Below are positions 51,401 to 61,571 of a DNA stretch of 64,000 nucleotides, one piece after another (position 1 is the stretch's first letter; the number at the start of each line of letters is the position of its first letter). The stretch lies in assembly GCA_973895155.1 (NCBI GenBank), contig OZ316897.1:3752211-3816210 (forward strand), read 5' to 3'. A model generated the notes under the pieces. The model saw only the letters and a program-made list of their open reading frames with translations. It ran no database searches and had not been told where the DNA came from. The stretch comes from Marsupella aquatica (taxonomy: Eukaryota > Plantae > Marchantiophyta). Both the position numbers and the translations under genes were made by a program.

Positions 51401-51999
51401 ACAAATCCTTTTTGCAGTTGAATGGGGCTGGGGCGCGCTTCATGGTGTCTAGATGGGGGTAGGAATAATGATGGAATACTCAGTAATGGCATGGTTTAAA
51501 ATGGTATGACCAAACTAGAATTAAATCTATGTGGAATGACATATGGTGTATCCAAAATCATATGTATTGGGTTAGATCTCATACTTTAAGGTTGAAGGGC
51601 TCAAATGTTGTGCTCTCATAAGTTGTACTCTAATGTAGAGTCGCTTGTATGACTTCAACCTAATTGCCTTAACTGAGTTATAGTTACAACTTCCCTAAAA
51701 GTTGTAAACATGACTCCTCAAAACTTCACCAAAACTCAGTCAAGAAGGTGTGACTAACATGACACCAATAACCTTGGAGTCGCTGTTTCATGAAGGTCTC
51801 GGACAAGTCACATTCTTTGTGGTCTCAGAAAGGGTGGGTTTCTTCTAGTGTGACAAACCATATTTTGTAAGATTCTTTTTCATTATTGCCATTTTGACAA
51901 ATGTTACCTTGTATGCAAGAGAAGATGCTAAGAATGTTCCTTATCTAGTTTTCATACATGAATTGTTGACTGTGAGATCTCCCTAGAGTTAAGGATTAG

Positions 52000-53287
52000 T
52001 GTTAGACTCTGGCTAATCGGGTCTATGGCTAGGTGTTAAACTGGCTAATGGAAGACAAAAACCCTAGCAATTATCTGCCCAATGTGGGGAAGACTTGTTA
52101 GAGAGGTAGAATCTAGCGATTTTTTACAACTAGAAAAAATGCTGGACATTATAGAAGAGGAAAAAGGTTGCCTCACATCTCAGGTCCCTCTATAAGGGTA
52201 GCTCAAAGTTCCAACATTTACAGTTGTTAACTCAGTTTGTGAGTTGGGCATCCCCACTGGTGCCCTCCATCAGGGCCTGGCCGGTTATTGTCGTCATCCT
52301 AAGGAGCATCAACTTTCTGCTTGCACCAGGTTCTTGCTATCCCAATATTTTTTCTAGATAGGTCACAGGAGGGAATGCAGACTGGCAAAACTAGCATTTT
52401 TGTGACAGGAAATGTGCTGTCTCTTCTTTGCTTTTGACCTTGTCCATGGATCTTGATCTTGGGCAATTGTCTTCATTTACATAGTGTATGGCTTTACTAG
52501 TTGCTTACACTATAATGGTTCTCTACTCTCCGTCCAATTGTTTCTTGCCACTTGTTGCCATGTGATGCAAGGGTTAAGCGCCTTGGACGTTTTGAATCTG
52601 AGCGGCGCCCTCATTTTCACTCTCAGTGGGATAGGACTGTTCGTGGCCTGTTATACTCCCTTCAGGGAAAATGAAATGCACAATGCAGAATACTGAATCA
52701 ATTGCTCTTGTTTAGTACTTTGTTGCACACATTGTCAGTTCTTGCATTCTCAGCGTATACTAGGAGAATCACAATTTTTGACGGGGTGAAAATTAAAAAA
52801 ATTCTCAGGCTTGGCAATGCACAAATCATGCACCAACCTGCAGCTTAACCATAGCGGTCTTCTGTACTCTCCGTGGTACATGCTGCAACCATTGTGTGTT
52901 GTGTGACAGGAGCGTGCCCGAATGGCAGCCAATGGTGCATGCAATTCGTTATTTGGGATGGGTCGACATCTTGGCCTGCATTTGTGTCCCTTAAAGGTCC
53001 GTTTACCAGCCTGCAAGTGGTTAACCCAAGCGGATGCTCTTATGGGTTACATATTAGGATCCAACATCCGATGTTGCAATACTTGTCCCTTGTGTGTGCC
53101 ACTGGCTGTCGCCTTGTCGTTATTCTGCTTAGATATAGGAACATTAGATTTAGGGCTAATGCCAATTTATGGGTTAGATTAGGACTCATCCCCAACTATT
53201 CTGCTGGGATGTTATTGGCTGCAATAGATTAGAGGCCCGACTTTGTTTGATTCTGCATCATTCAGTAAAGAAACAACATTATTTTCA
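52000..53287 (+). mobile_element. Probable 5' LTR of the copia element (left boundary tentative)
   Basis: Ends ...TTTTCA immediately before a PBS. TGTTAG at 52000 is only a candidate start; no partner LTR in the window. Confidence 0.4.
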
Positions 53288-53299
53288 TGGTATCAAAGC
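53288..53299 (+). promoter_or_regulatory. Primer-binding site for initiator tRNA-Met
   Basis: TGGTATCAAAGC versus canonical TGGTATCAGAGC, directly after CA. Confidence 0.8.
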
Positions 53300-55779
53300 A
53301 GCGTTGCGAGCATTCACTTCTGTGACACGGGTAACGTGTCACTTGACCGAACCCAGGTCGTAGATTAGGACTTATACGGTCATTAGGACCGTAGCCATAG
53401 CGTAGAATAGCACGTATAGCCATCAAGTTGTCATTATGATTAGATTAGGAGTAGGTTAAGATAACCAAATAATTACGAGTTCAGGAAAGGGATTATTACG
53501 CACGACCGAGGTACGGTGGCGGCAGCGGAGTAAAAATCAGTTAGAAGAATCACGCTTGGACCGAGGCGCCGACTTCAGCTCGTTATCAATGACCAAACGG
53601 CCTGACCTTCTCACGCTCGGGCTCGTCCTGGCACCCCCATAAGAGAGGAGCCGATGGCACTGCGGGCCATTCGCTCATGTTTACCTTTTTGGAATTCGCG
53701 GACGCTGCCATCCGCTCGCCTTTTTGATTGAATCCAGTCGACCTTTACGAAGAGATTATCGAGGGAGAAGAGCGGAATGTGGCGAGATTTAGTCAGGACG
53801 AGCGAGGCCTCCGCGGAAAAGGACCAGCCAGGTGGGAACGCGGACGCAACGAACCGGACTACGAGGTTAGTATGACCCTCACAGCCTTGGGATTTTGGAC
53901 CTTGTTTGGCGAGGTAGGTGCTAAGTTCTTCGAGATTTACTAGTACTCTTGCCCCGAGAAAGCCGCTTACGAACGAAGGTACGCGAAGCTGGTAACCAAG
54001 GTAGCACTGGTTAATTGCAAAAGGACAGCCATCACCAGGGATTCTAGCTACAATGAGCTGCGAGACTACATAACCGAACTATATCTCAGCGAGGAAGGGC
54101 TTAGATCGGTAGCAGAGGCGATTCTTGGGGTTCCAGCTAAGTTCTTTAAGCTGAAGGGCAACCAACGGCTTACTCAAGCGGAGTTCGACAAGATTCCGGG
54201 GTACCTAGACCAGCAGATCGCAGCCGAAAAGCGCCAAGAAGACATCAGCAAACAACGGGAAGCGGCGCGTAATCTCACGTTCCTCGGGGAAAGCTCCAAT
54301 GCCTTCAACTGGGATATGGCTACCCCAGTGCCTCAACCGATGACCACCGGAGTACCGCCGAACCAGTCCCAAGTCCGTCCAGTAATCAACACGGAGTGTT
54401 CTTTGGGTTCCGAGCGAGCTAGTTCGCAACTCAAACAACATCCTCGTAAGCGGCCAAGGACTACGACGGCCCCCGAATCAACACGGACCGACGCCACGCC
54501 TGCACTTGCCCTGGCAAACCCCCCGACCAACCAGACCCGACGGCCCCCGGATAACCCGAAGTCCAACTTATTACAGGTAATCCGCGTCCCCGAGGTAGTC
54601 TGGATCGCGATCAAGAAACTCGAACATGCGGACTATCTCAAGGAGCATCAGTTGGAGCGGTTCGCCCACTTGCTATGGAGGCCGTGCGCCGCTGGGCCGA
54701 AGGAGATTTGTGAGTTCATCTCCAATTTTGACACTGATGCGTCGACCACCAAGGTTTCGGGGCAGGCCTTATCGCTCACGGAGCATCGGTTAACGCAAAT
54801 TTTCTGCCTACCAACCGGGCCGGTGCCGGTGGAAATCCGAATTCGGGATAAGGAGTATACGCCGCGGCACTTCAAACCCGAGGGTAAGACGGAAAACGGA
54901 TACAAGCAGGGGGCGTGCACCAACTTAACCTGTATGGAGCGGCTTAACTTCATACGGACTACCCTACACATGATTGAGCCACGATCCAAGATTTCCCTCT
55001 GCACGATCGTGCAGGTGGAACAGTACAAACGACGAAACTGGGCCCAATTCTTCTACCGAAGATTCTCGGGGGAGCTAAAGCGGGCTCAGGGTGGTATGGC
55101 TATTGGAGGGAAGACTTACTTGGGAAGTCATATCGCCATTATCCTCGCCTGGTACAAGGCACGGCGGGAGGCCAGAGGAAAGAATATGGCCACCTCAGCC
55201 CCGGGTAATGTCACCCCCGCCCCAGAGGAGGCAACCCCGACTACGCGGACTACCGTCCCTCGGGCAAACCCCGAGCCGGAAGCCCTGACTAATACTCCGC
55301 AACCGCCCCCTGTGGAAATTCCACCGCCTCCTTCCGTTGAGCCTCCGCTACCTGCAGTACAACCACCCCTGTGACGGGGTCCCCGTCACATAAAATCATG
55401 AATAACTTGGTCGCGGAGTGTCGCGCAGTGTAAATAACCATTGTAAATAACCATTTTTTCAATTTTTTTTAAGTTAATTCTATCACCTGTGACCGAAGAA
55501 CTGTATTTATTTTTATCCCCTAATTGTTCTGCAATTATGTTGGGAGGAGGGCCCTGCCTTTGGGGGACTCCCCATTATTTTAGGGCCATTTTTAGAGAAC
55601 TCAATAGCAAGGTTGATGGGAAGAAGAAATAAAACAGGACCGGGAGCAAGGAAGTTTTTGAGTAGAGGTGACCCCGGCAGTGTGATTAGGGGGAAGTTTT
55701 TTTATGGGCAGCCGGAGCCGGGCTGGACAGGGAGGAGGCTGTCGCGAGCCCTGCATAGGGCCGCGTTCAGGAGAAGAAA

Positions 55780-56450
55780 GGGGGGGATTAAATCCCCCGT
55801 TTGAGGGGAGCCCCGTGAGCTGAAGGAAGCGAGGCGCCGAGGGTGGGGGAGAAATTAAAATTCCCCCTTAAGGGGCACCGCGAGTACCAAGTAGGGAGGC
55901 CGGTGCAGGAAGGTCGCGGAGGGGGGTTAAATACCCCTTAAGTGGCCTGGCAGAGGGCGAGCACTTAAGGGCCCATAAGGGGCAGCCCTAGGGCCTCCAC
56001 GTGGAATCCCCAGGTAAGTGCTCCCGCGAGCAGGGCAAGGGCAGCCGGGCCGTAGTCGAGGAGTAAAGGGGGGGTATTAAAACCCTCCCGTGAGCCCATA
56101 GGGCTGCGTGCCCAGGGCATTTAGGGCTCCCGCGAGCCAGGCAAAAGAGGGCGCTACGGGGGGTGGCCGTGAGGCGAAAGAGGGCTGTCGGGGGGAATTA
56201 AATCCCCCGTTTGAACCGCGAGTAGCCGAGCACTAAGTGCTCCCGCCAGCGGCGCAGGGGGCATCGCGGCGAGAGCGCAGCCGGGACTCCCACGAGAAAA
56301 GTGAGATGGCAGGTGGCCGGGGTGAGCCCATAGGGCTGCGTGCCCAGGGCATTTAGGGCTCCCGCGAGCCAGGCGAAAGAGGACACCAGGGAGGGCCATT
56401 AAAGGAGGGCCCGGGTCGCAAGGCGAAAGGAGGTGTCGGGGGGGATTTTT
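55780..56450. repeat. GC-rich repeat/hairpin region upstream of the element B ORF
   Basis: GGGGG(G/A)ATTAAATCCCCCGTTTGA at ~55781 and ~56191. GTGAGCCCATAGGGCTGCGTGCCCAGGGCATTTAGGGCTCCCGCGAGCCAGGC at ~56090 and ~56322. Confidence 0.8.
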
Positions 56451-56764
56451 TGGTTTTTTTTCCCTTCTTTTCTCCCTCTTTTGCACAACCCTCTCCTTGC
56501 CGAAAGCAAAACTCGAAGCTCTCTCCCAACACCTTGCCGAAAGCTCTCACCTTCTAATTATTTTTGAAGCTCTCTCTCATGGTAGATTGGTGGGGCTTGG
56601 TGGCCTGATTCTTCCGGGCCTTAGCGGCAGCAGCACGGAGTGGCTTCTGGGGGAATTGAGAGTAATCGATTGATCGGGATGCAGGGGCTGTTTTGGGCCA
56701 CGGAATTGACATTGCTACGGGTGACGGGATTTGGTGATTGAGGATTTGATTTCGGGATGCATGA

Positions 56765-58618
56765 ATGCTAGATCAACCGGAGTTCAGTGTGGCACGCATT
56801 CGGAGATACAAGGCTGCTTACCATGACTACGTGGAGACTTTGATTGCAAGGGAGAGAGAAGAGAGAGAAGCTACGATGAGCACGGGATTGGTAGCAGGTT
56901 CCACGCCGGTGGGTAGGAGGATTTTTTGTCGAATTTATCCCAAGACCTCCGCCAAGGTGATGGAGGATTGTCGGAATATTTTCCAAGCCACCGGGGTTAC
57001 AGAATTCATGAAGGTGGAGATTACCATCCCCCCGGGGAAGAGCTGGGACATTGAGGCCAGGATGGAGTTACGAACGGAGGGAATCTACTTTGAATGTCTC
57101 AAACGTGTAGTGCCCCATGTAGAGTTGGCTAGGCTGCTGTTTCTGGAGAATCAGAAATTCTCATTCACACCTCGGCACATCAGGGGAGAACTCACGTTGA
57201 AGATGGTGGCCACTTGGGTGATTAATCCCACCTCCACCACTGCCATCCCTCTTTCCGCTGTCAAGGATGTTGAGTATAAGGGATTCCTGGCCAAGGTTCA
57301 TCAACGGGTCCTTGGCAACGTGCAATCAGGGGTGGTGAATGAAGAGCATTTCGTAGTAGCTATGGACATCAAGAACCACCCAGCCCATGTGTACGGATGG
57401 TGGTACTACGGGTTGAAGAAGCTGTTGGCCGCTGACCTCGGGAGTGTGAAACCAGGTGGGGCTGTACATTTGATGGGGTCATTTGTATTGGCCAGGGCAG
57501 AAGGGTTGATTGGTTCCCCGGGACAGGAAGACACGGAATCATCTCTCACCACGGAGATCCGGAGTATTGCCACTACCGTTATAGGGAAGCTCACGGAGGA
57601 ATCATCGTCGGCTGGTGGGGATGAAGATAGAGGAGAAGAAAACCAGGATGAGGACTACACATTGGAGTGGCTTGAATCACTCGTGGGAGATCCGGAAGAG
57701 CCCCTGGCCTACAACATTCCGGATGTTTACCTGGCAGAGCTACGGGATTTCAGAGAGGGAGTCCATGAGGGACTCAAGCTAGTCCACGCATTGAGAGAGT
57801 CTCTCAAGCACACCACAGGCAGAGTAGAGACGTTCGAGCAGAGTACCCTGTCTCTGAAGGAGGTGATCAAGGCCAAGGAGGAGACCATTCATGAGAAGGT
57901 TAAGCTTCTCCAAGCAGCTCACGTAGAGATCTCCAACTTGAAGGGAGCCTTGTCCACCAAGGCCAAGGAAGCAGAAGAGGTGGGAGCATTGAGACAAGCA
58001 TTGGCCAAAGAGAAGCAAAATTCTGGAGAAGTGGTGGAGTGGAGAAACCAGGTGGGAGCACTACGGAGTCAGGTGGCCGCCTTTGAGACACGAGCAAAGA
58101 GGAGTGAGGCCTTGAGTCTGGGGAAACGGAAGAGCCCCGGCACTCCTAGCTCCACACTTTCTCCGGATTTGATCTCCCAGGCTAATGAGATAGTGGTGAA
58201 GGAGGTTAGTGGGAAGTATGGGCCCTTGTTGGATGGAGCCAAGAAGAGTCAGGAGAAGAGCAAGGGCTTGGAGAAGAAGCTCCGGGAGGTACGGAAATCA
58301 TTACGGGAGGCTCAGGTCAGTACAGGGATGCCACCCAGGTCTGTCACCCCCGGGACTCCCATGGCCACAGGGCAAGTTCTACCGTTGGAGTTGTGGTCCG
58401 GAGAAGAGGCTACCCTATGGAAGGACACCATTGGTGAGGGGTACATTAAAGCGTGGCAGGCCTTGGCCAATTTGAGAAAGCAGGGGAGCACTAGCACAAG
58501 GAGTACCCCGGTAAAGAAGAAGAGAAGTGAAGTGGCACTCACTCCAGTGGAGAGTGATGAGGAGGCCCACTCACGGGGCTCAAGCCAGGGCACCGTGAGT
58601 GAAGAGGAGGAGGATTAG
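56765..58618 (+). CDS. Intact 617-aa retroelement-associated protein (globular N-domain, acidic linker, coiled coil, basic/acidic tail)
   Basis: Uninterrupted ORF inside element B. Heptads at ~aa 330-520. KRKSP and KKKR putative NLSs. Confidence 0.75.
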   Translation: MLDQPEFSVARIRRYKAAYHDYVETLIAREREEREATMSTGLVAGSTPVGRRIFCRIYPKTSAKVMEDCRNIFQATGVTEFMKVEITIPPGKSWDIEARMELRTEGIYFECLKRVVPHVELARLLFLENQKFSFTPRHIRGELTLKMVATWVINPTSTTAIPLSAVKDVEYKGFLAKVHQRVLGNVQSGVVNEEHFVVAMDIKNHPAHVYGWWYYGLKKLLAADLGSVKPGGAVHLMGSFVLARAEGLIGSPGQEDTESSLTTEIRSIATTVIGKLTEESSSAGGDEDRGEENQDEDYTLEWLESLVGDPEEPLAYNIPDVYLAELRDFREGVHEGLKLVHALRESLKHTTGRVETFEQSTLSLKEVIKAKEETIHEKVKLLQAAHVEISNLKGALSTKAKEAEEVGALRQALAKEKQNSGEVVEWRNQVGALRSQVAAFETRAKRSEALSLGKRKSPGTPSSTLSPDLISQANEIVVKEVSGKYGPLLDGAKKSQEKSKGLEKKLREVRKSLREAQVSTGMPPRSVTPGTPMATGQVLPLELWSGEEATLWKDTIGEGYIKAWQALANLRKQGSTSTRSTPVKKKRSEVALTPVESDEEAHSRGSSQGTVSEEEED

Positions 58619-61571
58619 AGTGGTCGTACGGACGTGGTTGTACGGCCCCTAGACTTTCCAACTTTTTGTGAGGGGTCACTCATGGGCTTGTTGGAAAGAG
58701 CTCGCGGAGCTGATTCCAACAAGAGGCGGCGCTCCTCAAACGGAGCCAGGATGAGCAGGTTATGGCCCGACGAAGTTGTGTTTACGGGATACGGAAACGG
58801 TCCTAACTTGGTCGTCCAATGCCCGTTTAGAGAGCGGTTGAGTGATTCATGATCAGGAGGAGGAGAGCTATCCAGGGGTGAACTCAGAAGTGCAAGTGGA
58901 GGGGCACCTAGCTTCGGCCATTGTGGGGTTTCTTGCAATTTCACGGTTCACGGAGTAACGTTGGGGCACCGTCGAAGGCACCGTCGGCCCCATTGTTAGT
59001 TTAGGGTTTAGGGTTTTTAGATGCATGTGTGTGCCGCATGGTTTTAGTTTAGGGGTTTCTTAGTGAAGGGTTTAGCGGCGCCGCTAGGGTAAGCCGCCAT
59101 CGTTGTGGCCCCGTGAGGGGTGCTTTGGTGTGTTTTTTGGTATTTAGGGGGAGAGCCCCAGAGTAGTAGGGGGGGAACTCAGCGTAGTACTTGGATGCTT
59201 TGGAGTAGCTTTTGTGAGTAGCGCACCGATTAGGAGAAGTTCAAGCCAGAGTAGTGAGGTGGAAAACGTAGCACTTGTCCCCGGTGAGGTAGGAGTTGGG
59301 CAGACGGCAGGAGGCCGGGTTGTCCTTGCATGTGTTACGGGAAACACCAAGAGATATGGATTTGGCTTGAGGTTCCAATATTTTGTGTGTCACTTGTTGT
59401 TGCTTGTGTTGTTTGTTTTCCTCCCCTAGTGCGTGTGGTCGGTGTCGTTGTGGAAACATTTGCCCTTGTCACTAGTGTTCAAATCTTATTGTAAATGTTG
59501 GTATGCTTGCCCAAGAGAGGAGGGGGTTGGTGACAGCACTCACCCGGTGGGCATGAGTTGTAGATGGTAGGACCAGTCCCTTGGACTTGATCAAAAACGG
59601 AGAGACCAGTCGGTAGACTTGATCAAAAAGTACACTAACTTCCGGGAGCGGAATCAAACATACTCATCCTTAGGTGTGGAAATCCTCCAAATAGCGTCCC
59701 TCCACGACCCCGTAATACGATACCAACGGTTTAAGCAAGGAAAAGTACGATTTGCACGTATTAATCGTTGGATAGGCAAGTGACAACCCCCAATCCCTCC
59801 ACCACCTGAAGAAACCTTCCCCTCCCCAGCGCTGACTACGGAGGAGCTCATTGCCCCTGCCGAGGAACCACCGGTACCCGAGAGGATGGAGGACTACCAA
59901 GTAGCCCCGGGGACCATGGCCTACGACCTGGTCCAGAAGTTTAGCCAGACTATGTCTGGGGAGCTGGCGACATACTTCGGACAACAAGTCTCGGCGTACT
60001 TTCAGCCAGCCTTCTTCATGTTAGAGCACCAATCACGGATCGTCAGCCGCTTGGAAGAAGAACTCATGGCGAAGGGGAATGAGATCGGGCGTCTCCAGAT
60101 GCTGGTAGAGCACCTCGAGGAGGAGGCAACGACCCGCCGTGAGGATTTAGTTCGCACTGTCGAACAGAGGGACGGACTAACCCAGGAGTTAAGCGGAGCG
60201 CAGGTCAAACTCAAGAAGCTGGACGACACCGTGCTTCAATTACGCTCAGAATCTTCGGCTCGGGTTACCAGCCTGACTGACCTCAACAAACAATTCCTGC
60301 AGGCAGCACAGCAGGTGGCTGGTCTCTCCACCGAACGAGATAAATTGCTAGCGCAGGACCAGGTTCATCGCGACGCCATCGACCAACTCAACTTGGAGGT
60401 GGCGCGGCTCTAGACTGAAGCCGATGAAGCTACAAACGAGGCGGAGGAAGCAGTACGGGACAACAAGGCTTTGTAGGACTGTGTCACCCTGCTCGTCCTC
60501 CAGCGGGGAAAACTTGGGCCCACCTCTGATCAAGGCGGCTCGAGGTCTCACCCCGACAAGGGGACCAGCCCTGGTCCAACCACTGCACACACGTAAGGGG
60601 TGGTTAGCGAAGGGTAGAAGCAGGCGCCGCGCGAGGCGGTTAAGTCAACGGCATCTTTTGGTTAGGCGTAACGACAGAATGACTGTCATTAGGCGCCAAT
60701 TAGTGGCAGTAGGAAGAATTAGGGCCGGTCAGTTAGGATCAGCCAACGTAGGATGAAGTCCATCAACGGACTGGAGTTTGTCAGTAGGCTTGGCCGCTGC
60801 CATTCCGGTTGGCACACTCATAGTCGACGGTCAACCGGTCAGTGCAACGCGACCAGTAGTCAGCAGATAGTTAGTCAGTGGGTAGTATCCCGGAAGGCAG
60901 TATCCTCCGGCTCTCCTCCACGATTGTAGTATTTAGGCTTCCCCTTCCGCGATGGGAAGGGGGAGAAGGCTTAGTTATCTCAGCAGAAGAAAGGCGAGGC
61001 ACGGGGAGTCCCGGCCTGAGTAGGGTCAGAGCGCACCAAGGAGTGAGAGCCAGAGTCAAGCTTGCTGGGCAGTGCGAGGCAGGGCCTCGTAGAGACTGGG
61101 CATCGACTGCCGTTGGGCCTGCTGACCCCCTTTGAAGTCGAGTCAACCATGTAAACTGATGCTTCGCTGAGTAAACGTAGTCCTTTCCCCCTAATGTTTC
61201 TGAGAGTAACTGGTGTTGTGTGTATGCTTTGTCTGGGCAAAGGCGCCATTTTAAGGGACGTACCGGGTGCGGACTAATGGTAGGGATTGTCACTCATTGC
61301 ATGTCACAAGGTCCTGTCACGTCGATGGCTTGAAAGGCCCCAAGTCGGGAGTTAGTCCGCGTCACTAACTGAGGGAATATTCCAGCGGTGGAAAATAAAT
61401 ATACCTATGTCAAGTACGAATTATGCGAGTGTTATACCGGCTTAGCCCGACTTAGGGCTATTGAAGGTCACTACACACCTCCTTGCCCGAACCCTCACCC
61501 CTACTGGTGGTCGAGGTCGCACCACGACACTAACCTGGATTTAAGGCCCAAGTTAGGGGTGCAACAACTTC

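Larger units (their letters stand above)
34808..51850 (-). mobile_element. Full-length CACTA (En/Spm) DNA transposon, 17,043 bp, with cargo ORFs
   Basis: Left end CACTAGAAGAA at 34808; right end TTCTTCTAGTG ending 51850; CTGAGACC shared just inside both ends. 3-bp TSD TGA (34805-34807 and 51851-51853). Dense GTGACT/AGTCAC subterminal motifs. Internal TnpD- and TnpA-like genes. Confidence 0.95.
55370..59785. mobile_element. Solo-LTR-like element B, 4,416 bp, TGT...ACA, nested in element A
   Basis: Starts TGTGACGGGG and ends GGCAAGTGACA. 5-bp TSD ACCCC at 55365-55369 and 59786-59790. No gag/pol. Confidence 0.9.
53677..60596 (+). pseudogene. Long ORF of element A (plant-transposon-protein-like domain, Pro-rich linker, coiled coil), split by element B
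   Basis: 54316-55369 joins in frame to 59791-60413 when element B and one TSD are removed (...AVQPP|PIPPPPEETF...MEDYQV). The same frame extends upstream to ~53677 and downstream to ~60596 through four TGA/TAG codons. Confidence 0.8.
53321..61566. mobile_element. Solo-LTR-like element A (3,825 bp after removing the nested insert), TGT...ACA
   Basis: Starts TGTGACACGG and ends GGGGTGCAACA. 5-bp TSD ACTTC at 53316-53320 and 61567-61571. No internal terminal direct repeats or gag/pol motifs seen. Confidence 0.85.

Noticed and set aside
58995-59075. TTTAGGG telomere-like motifs
   Set aside because: Only 2-3 scattered units inside element B; telo-box-like, not an interstitial telomere array.
61466-61481. 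GGTCACTACA as the right end of element A
   Set aside because: Its flank does not match the left TSD; the end at 61566 gives a perfect ACTTC duplication.
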